Shown: positions 57,900-64,000 of the stretch, piece by piece | Position numbering within the stretch: position 1 is the first letter of the stretch | Layout of the letters: each line of letters starts with the position of its first letter | From: Spirosoma fluviale | GTDB lineage: Bacteria > Bacteroidota > Bacteroidia > Cytophagales > Spirosomataceae | Length of the DNA stretch: 64,000 nucleotides | Direction: 5' to 3' | Assembly (NCBI GenBank): GCA_945901025.1 | Contig: CAMDJW010000003.1 | Location: 107,337-171,336, forward strand | Translations under genes and position numbers: made by a program | Notes under the pieces: model-generated | Databases searched by the model: none | The model's input: only the letters and a program-made list of their open reading frames with translations | What the model was told of the DNA's origin: nothing

Positions 57900-59375
57900 A
57901 TGCCAAAAATTACTTCGAGTGCACATTTATTTGCTAACTCGGTTGCGATTTTAGACCCCAATGGGGAGTATAGTTACCAACAATTAATCGATGCGTCCAA
58001 CCAATGGGCGTATCGATTTTTGTTAGGGGCAACTGATTTAGATGGTGCTCGAGTGGCCTTTATGGTCCAACCCGGTTTTCATTATGTAGCAGTCCAATGG
58101 GGAATATGGAAAGCCGGTGGAGTGGCCGTTCCCTTATGTGTCACCTATCCAGTCGCCTCTTTGCAATATGTTTTGGAGGATACGGGGGCTTCTAAGGTGG
58201 TGATTGATACCGATTTTCAAGAAGTTTTATTGCCGTATGTGCAGTCAAGGCAATTGAAATACCATTTAGTTTATGAAGAAGTGAACTCACAGGAAATAAG
58301 TTTGCCTGAGGTTTCCTCTGACCGTCCCGCGATGATTTTGTATACGTCTGGAACCACTACACTACCCAAGGGGGTGGTAACCACGCATGGAAATATTGAT
58401 TTTCAAATGAATTGCCTGGTGCAAGCATGGGAGTGGAAAGCGACGGATCGAACCCTTTGTATTTTACCTCTGCATCATATCCATGGGATTATCAATGTGA
58501 TCGGTTGTAGTTTGTCGGTAGGAGCCACGTGTGAATTTATGCCCAAGTTCAATGCAGTCGAAGTTTTTAGCCGATTGCAATCTGGCGAATTGACTGTTTT
58601 TATGGCGGTTCCAACCATATATTTTAAACTCATATCGCATTGGGATACCTTGTCAGTTGCAGACCAACATGTCATATATGACATGTTGGTTAAATTCCGA
58701 TTAATGGTTTCTGGATCTGCTGCATTACCAGTTTCTGTGATGGAAAAATGGCATATCATCAGTGGACATTGGCTATTAGAACGGTATGGTATGACGGAAA
58801 TTGCGATGGCCATCAGCAATCCATTCCATGGGGAAAGAAGACCCGGGCATGTCGGTCTTCCATTGCCCGGAGTTTCCGTGCGTTTGATGGGGGATAATGA
58901 AGAAATTAAAGAAGATTTAGAGCCTGGAGAAATACAAATCAAGGGGCCTAATGTTTTCCAATCGTATTGGAATAAACCCACGGCGACCCAAGAAACGTTC
59001 ACGGAAGACGGTTGGTTTAAAACGGGGGATGTGGCCCACTTAGACGGTGGATATTATAAAATTTTAGGACGTAGTTCCGTGGATATTATCAAGTCAGGCG
59101 GGTATAAACTTTCAGCTTTAGAGATTGAAGAGGTGTTACGCGTCCACCCGGATATCGAAGATTGCGGGGTCGTGGGTTTGCCTGATGATGAGTGGGGCGA
59201 AGTAGTTGCCGCCGTTTTAGTCTTAAAAAATGTCATTTCAAAAGAAGAAATTAATACCTGGTTGCGTGAGCGTTTACCCGGGTATAAGGTTCCTAGACTG
59301 TATCATTTTGTGGAGGAATTGCCCCGAAATGCCATGGGAAAAGTGACCAAAAATGACCTGAAAGTAATGTTTTAA
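57900..59375 (+). CDS. Acyl-CoA synthetase (MatB/ACSF3-like AMP-binding enzyme)
   Basis: YTSGTTTLPKG, ERYGMTE, GWFKTGD, GYKVPR, ELPRNAMGK. Confidence 0.9.
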   Translation: MPKITSSAHLFANSVAILDPNGEYSYQQLIDASNQWAYRFLLGATDLDGARVAFMVQPGFHYVAVQWGIWKAGGVAVPLCVTYPVASLQYVLEDTGASKVVIDTDFQEVLLPYVQSRQLKYHLVYEEVNSQEISLPEVSSDRPAMILYTSGTTTLPKGVVTTHGNIDFQMNCLVQAWEWKATDRTLCILPLHHIHGIINVIGCSLSVGATCEFMPKFNAVEVFSRLQSGELTVFMAVPTIYFKLISHWDTLSVADQHVIYDMLVKFRLMVSGSAALPVSVMEKWHIISGHWLLERYGMTEIAMAISNPFHGERRPGHVGLPLPGVSVRLMGDNEEIKEDLEPGEIQIKGPNVFQSYWNKPTATQETFTEDGWFKTGDVAHLDGGYYKILGRSSVDIIKSGGYKLSALEIEEVLRVHPDIEDCGVVGLPDDEWGEVVAAVLVLKNVISKEEINTWLRERLPGYKVPRLYHFVEELPRNAMGKVTKNDLKVMF

Positions 59376-59402
59376 TAGGTATTTCTTAAATGAAATCTAG
59401 GT

Positions 59403-60749
59403 ATGAAAAAAATAGTTATTGTTTTCCTTTTTTTGAGTTTTGGGGTTCAGGCGCAAAAAAACATTACCACTGCTTCAGATGCCACAGCTCCCTTGCATGC
59501 ATTAAAGCCTGATTACCCCACGCCTTATGGTGTACCTGCCGTCTCTGAGATTCAAAAAACGATCGATCGGGTATTTGAATATTTAGAAAAAGCAACGCCT
59601 TCTCATTTTGTGGATAAAAGTTCCGGTCGGCCATGGACGCCTGAACTTAGCTATTCAGACCAAGTCGTTTTCGCGAAGGGAGATTTTAGACCTATTTCCT
59701 ATGAATGGGGCGTAACTTATTCGGGGATGCTGAACTTATACCAATTGACCGGTGAGGCTAAATACCGAGATTATGTTTTCAAGCGCTTGGATTTAATTTC
59801 ATCCACCCTTGAATCGGCTCGAAAGTACGATGAATCGAATAAGTTAAAACCACATACCTTAAAAGGTTTAATTCAGCCCAAAGCCTTAGATGATATCGGC
59901 GCTATGGCCATGGCTGTTTTGAAGGCAAAAAAATCAGGTTTTTCGTCGCACATGTCATATGTGACACAGCGCGCCTCTGAATTTATTTTGAAGGAAGAGC
60001 ATCGTTTGCCCGATGGTACATTGGTTCGTATTCGGCCCTTGAAAAACACGATGTGGCTGGATGATGTGTATATGGCGATTCCGGCGTTGCTCCAACTAGG
60101 CATTGCGAATCAGCAAGAAAATTATTTTGATGAGTCATTTAAGCAATTTTTAGCCTATCAAAAGCGGATGTTTAATCCCTCATTGAATGTTTTTATGCAT
60201 GGGTATTTAGAAGGAGCGGAAGAACATCCAGAGTTTCATTGGGCCAGAGCGAATGGTTGGGCTTTGTTGACCACTTCAGAAATGCTGATGTATTTACCGG
60301 CCAACCATCCGGGTCGGAAATTCATGTTGGGCCAATTGAAAAACCACTTAAAAGGCTTGATGAGTTTGCAAGATGGTACGGGATTTTGGCATCAATTATT
60401 AGATAAAAACGATTCGTATTTAGAAACTTCTGCCACGGCCATTTATGCGTATGTCATCGCGAATGCCATTAATAAGGGTTGGCTCGATCCTAAGATTTAT
60501 GCCCCCGCGGCTATATTAGCTTGGAATGCGGTTAATTCTCGCGTCAATGCACAGGGGCAAGTAGAAGGCACTTGTGTGGGAACCGGTTTAGCTTGGGATC
60601 CCGCATTTTATTATTTCAGACCGATTTCTCCTTTTGCGGCTCATGGCTATGGACCTACTTTATTGGCCGGTTCAGCGATGATGGAAATGTTGAAAAAGTA
60701 CTCATTTGAAATCAACGATTCAGCGGTTCATTTAAATACAAAGAATTAG
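59403..60749 (+). CDS. Glycoside hydrolase family 105 (unsaturated rhamnogalacturonyl/uronyl hydrolase)
   Basis: SYEWGV, ALDD, WLDDVYM, HWARANGW, WHQLLD, ETSATA, CVGTG, HGYGP. Confidence 0.9.
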   Translation: MKKIVIVFLFLSFGVQAQKNITTASDATAPLHALKPDYPTPYGVPAVSEIQKTIDRVFEYLEKATPSHFVDKSSGRPWTPELSYSDQVVFAKGDFRPISYEWGVTYSGMLNLYQLTGEAKYRDYVFKRLDLISSTLESARKYDESNKLKPHTLKGLIQPKALDDIGAMAMAVLKAKKSGFSSHMSYVTQRASEFILKEEHRLPDGTLVRIRPLKNTMWLDDVYMAIPALLQLGIANQQENYFDESFKQFLAYQKRMFNPSLNVFMHGYLEGAEEHPEFHWARANGWALLTTSEMLMYLPANHPGRKFMLGQLKNHLKGLMSLQDGTGFWHQLLDKNDSYLETSATAIYAYVIANAINKGWLDPKIYAPAAILAWNAVNSRVNAQGQVEGTCVGTGLAWDPAFYYFRPISPFAAHGYGPTLLAGSAMMEMLKKYSFEINDSAVHLNTKN

Positions 60750-61714
60750 TAATCCTTCAAACCCAGTAATTTTTCTCCTAAGTCGCTGAGTACGGCAACA
60801 GGCTGGGATTTTTCTAATTGCCTCGGGTCACCAGGAAAGGCATAACCTTCCGGCGCAATTTTATGTTGCCATGAGTTGACGCGCCATTGTTTCAACGCAT
60901 CATTATGTGGTTCTGCGGGCATCATGGAAATATATTGCGCCACTCGAACTTTGTCGTTCGTCAAATTAGGTCTGATGCCATGGGCTAACAAAGAATTGAA
61001 AATCAATAAATCCCCTGCTTCTAATTTTACTTTATGCAATTGGAAGCCTGTCGTGTCTGGTTTAAAACGATCTCGGTCTTCAGGTTGAGTTTTTTTCCAT
61101 GTATCGTATGATCGATATAATTCAGGAATGCATTGAAATCCACCCATATTTTCATCCATTTGATCTGCTAATGCTAACACTCCTTGCACATTAACGGGTT
61201 TTGTCTCTGGGTCATAATCCCAATGAATGAAGCCCTTGAATGGTTTATCGGGTTGTACGGGAAAATTCAAGTTGCAACGATCGATCGTCACCCATAAATC
61301 TTCTACGCCCCAAACATCCACAAAGGCATCATAAACCCGTTGAGATTGCCTGTTTTCCCATAATAATGGATGATTATACATTTCAACCATTCCCGATCCG
61401 ATGAGTTCCTTCATTTGCATTTCGGCTCTTGGCTCTGTGTACCAGGTTTCGGGTTGGCCGGAATCTTTTTCCTCAAAATCCCAAATTGCTTTTGCCGTAC
61501 GTGCGGCAGCTTCTTTGCTAATGGCATTTTTCACGATAATAAAACCGTTTTCTTTCCAAAAATTAAATTCCTCTTCGCTCAGCGCGCGTAGCGGTTTTCC
61601 ATTACTCCGATCATTTAATTTCGTGATACTGCTCTTTGAAATGGATGGATTTCCGGGAATGTCCTCATGCTCATTTTTAAGAGCCATAGTCGGAGTCATG
61701 GATTTGTTTTGCAT
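60746..61714 (-). CDS. Phytanoyl-CoA dioxygenase (PhyH) family Fe(II)/2OG oxygenase
   Basis: FWKENGFII, HWD facial motif, NVQGVLAL, GDLLIFNSLLAHG, R..QYISM. Confidence 0.88.
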   Translation of the reverse strand: MQNKSMTPTMALKNEHEDIPGNPSISKSSITKLNDRSNGKPLRALSEEEFNFWKENGFIIVKNAISKEAAARTAKAIWDFEEKDSGQPETWYTEPRAEMQMKELIGSGMVEMYNHPLLWENRQSQRVYDAFVDVWGVEDLWVTIDRCNLNFPVQPDKPFKGFIHWDYDPETKPVNVQGVLALADQMDENMGGFQCIPELYRSYDTWKKTQPEDRDRFKPDTTGFQLHKVKLEAGDLLIFNSLLAHGIRPNLTNDKVRVAQYISMMPAEPHNDALKQWRVNSWQHKIAPEGYAFPGDPRQLEKSQPVAVLSDLGEKLLGLKDY

Positions 61715-61829
61715 CTTTAAATAATTTTTGGTTTTGCAAATTAGTGTTTTGTATAATTCACCCGGCTAATATTGTTAAAAAAATGAGTAAAAAACATATA
61801 TTAAATACTTTGTAAATAAACAATAAACG

Positions 61830-62594
61830 ATGCAGAATTTATTTGATTTAAAGGGTAAGGTAGCTATTGTAACGGGCTGCAAACGTGGAATTGGCATGGA
61901 AATGGCTATTGGTTTGGCGGAGGCCGGTGCCGATATTATAGGCGTTTCAGCTTCCTTGGAGTTAAATGGTTCTGCTATTGAAAAGGCTGTCAAAGCATTG
62001 GGGAGAAATTTTAAAGCCTATCAGGCCGACTTTTCAGACCGGGAGTCTTTATACGATTTTATTAAGTCCGTGTTGAGAGATTATCCTAAGGTGGATATTT
62101 TGGTTAATAATGCAGGGACTATTTTGCGCGATCCAGCGGCAGAGCATTCGGATGAATATTGGGATGAGGTATTAGAGGTTAATTTATCTTCCCAATTTAT
62201 TTTGAGTCGGGAGATCGGTCGGACCATGCTACAAGCGGGATCCGGAAAAATCATTTTTACTGCTTCCTTATTAAGTTTTCAGGGAGGGATTAATGTACCT
62301 AGTTATGCAGCGAGTAAAGGAGGGATTGCCAGATTAACGATGGCTTTGGCCAATGAATGGGCAGGAAAGGGAATTAATGTGAATGCGATTGCACCAGGAT
62401 ATATCTCCACGGATAATACCTCGGCTTTGCGTGAAGACAAGGAAAGAAGCGCTTCTATCTTGGGGAGGATTCCGGCGGGTCGTTGGGGTGATGCGAAAGA
62501 CTTTAAAGGTCCAGTAGTTTTTTTAGCCTCTGAAGCATCTAACTATGTGCATGGAACTATTTTGACCGTGGATGGCGGTTGGATGGGACGGTAA
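61830..62594 (+). CDS. kduD: 2-dehydro-3-deoxy-D-gluconate 5-dehydrogenase
   Basis: TGCKRGIG, VNNAG, ASLLSFQGGINVPSYAASKGG, NVNAIAPGY, RIPAGRWG, VDGGWMGR. Confidence 0.88.
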   Translation: MQNLFDLKGKVAIVTGCKRGIGMEMAIGLAEAGADIIGVSASLELNGSAIEKAVKALGRNFKAYQADFSDRESLYDFIKSVLRDYPKVDILVNNAGTILRDPAAEHSDEYWDEVLEVNLSSQFILSREIGRTMLQAGSGKIIFTASLLSFQGGINVPSYAASKGGIARLTMALANEWAGKGINVNAIAPGYISTDNTSALREDKERSASILGRIPAGRWGDAKDFKGPVVFLASEASNYVHGTILTVDGGWMGR

Positions 62595-62747
62595 TTTTCT
62601 TTGTCCGGCTGATTTTGAAATCGCAGGTAATTTTTGTTATTTTCGTGCTTGCATCAAAAATGTATTTTTAGGCTTAATCAAGTGTTGATTGGTTTACATA
62701 TATCATGAACCGTTTGGCATTTTAAATTTTAAACAAAACCTATTTCA

Positions 62748-63914
62748 ATGAAAAAATTAATTTTAGTTTTTGCTTTGCTAAGTTCAGGAGCCTTTGCTCA
62801 GAAAATTGATATTAATAAGCAATTTGCTTTAGCAGGCCAACAATACCTTCGGATGTTGGCAGATCATCCAGATACTTCCGTAACGATACATTCGGCTAAG
62901 GCTGATGGGACTTACCGCAATTTGCCTTCAAGTTGGTGGTGCTCGGGATTTTTTCCTGGAGGTCTTTGGTATTTATTCGAAAAAACAAAAGATCCCAAAT
63001 GGGCAAAAGCAGCACGTTTGTGGACCGAAGCTGTTAGAAAAGAGCAGTATAATACGGGAACGCATGACTTAGGTTTTATGATGTTTGATTCCTTTGGAAA
63101 TGGTTTGCGTTTGACGAAAGATCCAGCGTATAAAAAAGTTTTAATTCAGTCCGCTAAATCCTTAGCTACTCGATTTGATCCTAAGATCGGCTTAATTAAA
63201 TCATGGAATAGTTTTAAGGGGGGGTATAAATATCCAGTGATTATTGATAACATGATGAATTTGGAATTGTTGTTTTGGGCTTCCCGTGAGACAGGAGATC
63301 AGCGTTTTCATGACATCGCCATTACGCATGCGGATAATACGATCAAGAATCATTTTAGACCTGATTATTCTTCTTATCATGTGATTTGTTACGATCCTGA
63401 AGGTAAAGTTTTGGTTAAAAAACAGCATCAGGGGTATCAGGATGAAACAACTTGGTCTCGTGGACATGCATGGGCGATTTATGGATATGTAGCGATGTAT
63501 CGCGAAACGAAGGATAAAAAATACCTGGATTTTGCTCAAAAAATCACTGATTTTTATTTGAATCATCCGAATTTACCCAAGGATAAAATTCCGTATTGGG
63601 ACTTTAATGCCCCTAATATTCCGAATGAAGAAAGAGATGCTTCAGCGGGTGCGATTACAGCTTCGGCATTATTGGAATTAAGTAAATATTCAGGAGCAAA
63701 AGGAAAAAGGTATTACAATGATGCGGTAACGATAATGGAATCTTTATCTAGTCCGGCATACCGAGCAGCTTTAGGAGAAAATAACAACTTCTTGATCAAG
63801 CATTGCGTAGGGGCAAAAGGATTAAATTCTGAGATAGACGTTCCCTTGATTTATGCGGATTATTATTATCTGGAGGCTTTGTTGAGGTTGCAGAATTTTA
63901 ACAAAAAGAGATAA
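62748..63914 (+). CDS. Glycoside hydrolase family 88 (unsaturated glucuronyl hydrolase)
   Basis: WCSGFFPG.LW, THDLGF, VIIDNMMNLELLF, WSRGHAW, IPYWDF, RDASA, YADYYYLEAL. Confidence 0.93.
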   Translation: MKKLILVFALLSSGAFAQKIDINKQFALAGQQYLRMLADHPDTSVTIHSAKADGTYRNLPSSWWCSGFFPGGLWYLFEKTKDPKWAKAARLWTEAVRKEQYNTGTHDLGFMMFDSFGNGLRLTKDPAYKKVLIQSAKSLATRFDPKIGLIKSWNSFKGGYKYPVIIDNMMNLELLFWASRETGDQRFHDIAITHADNTIKNHFRPDYSSYHVICYDPEGKVLVKKQHQGYQDETTWSRGHAWAIYGYVAMYRETKDKKYLDFAQKITDFYLNHPNLPKDKIPYWDFNAPNIPNEERDASAGAITASALLELSKYSGAKGKRYYNDAVTIMESLSSPAYRAALGENNNFLIKHCVGAKGLNSEIDVPLIYADYYYLEALLRLQNFNKKR

Positions 63915-63928
63915 TTCTTTATCGGCTT

Positions 63929-63977
63929 AAAACAGGTAGCTTTCCTAATTTAAAAATTCAGGAAAGCTACCTGTTTT
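63929..63977 (+). terminator. Long hairpin after the GH88 gene
   Basis: 18-bp perfect stem aaaacaggtagctttcct / aggaaagctacctgtttt. Confidence 0.8.
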
Positions 63978-64000
63978 GTGACATTTTTTGTAAATTTATA

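Noticed and set aside
58475-59002. 175-aa antisense ORF and the many other 60-130 aa shadow ORFs in the track
   Set aside because: They lie antisense or out of frame within well-supported genes and carry no recognisable motifs
1-64000. tRNA/rRNA genes, IS elements, integrases, prophage genes
   Set aside because: No T-loop/CCA cloverleaf, rRNA signature, DDE/HUH/tyrosine-recombinase ORF or phage protein seen; a tRNAscan/Infernal/ISEScan run would be decisive

Overview
Gene-dense, AT-rich chromosomal window from a Bacteroidota bacterium (SusC/SusD pairs, DUF2851, TAnnTTTG promoter motifs; a Cytophagales/Spirosomataceae-like free-living lineage is my inference). It holds about 50 CDS. These cover housekeeping genes (dusB, cdsA, pgeF, mutS, nadK), a tandem SusC/D-DUF1735-SusC/D locus flanked by peptidases rather than CAZymes, sugar-oxidation and uronate genes (GMC + small subunit, GSDH-cytochrome c, GH105, GH88, kduD) and an arsR-arsI-arsC operon with no efflux pump. 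I saw no tRNA, rRNA, CRISPR array, transposase or integrase. Best candidate new system (44034-52970): two membrane-bound sensor PP2C/SpoIIE phosphatases, an RsbW-like kinase and a STAS protein with no sigma factor in the locus, followed by a GAF-PAS-class III adenylate cyclase-HD protein coupled to a YitT membrane protein. This suggests a partner switch wired to cAMP synthesis and breakdown. Also notable: an integrase-less HTH-Fic islet bounded by a 39-bp duplication of the host gene 3' end and preceded by a 4-box operator array; an unannotated frameshifted AraC remnant; a GHMP kinase-nucleotidyltransferase fusion; a vanadium haloperoxidase-truncated haemoglobin couple; and two GTAG-type REP clusters. 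All product calls come from motif recognition by eye; no database searches were run.
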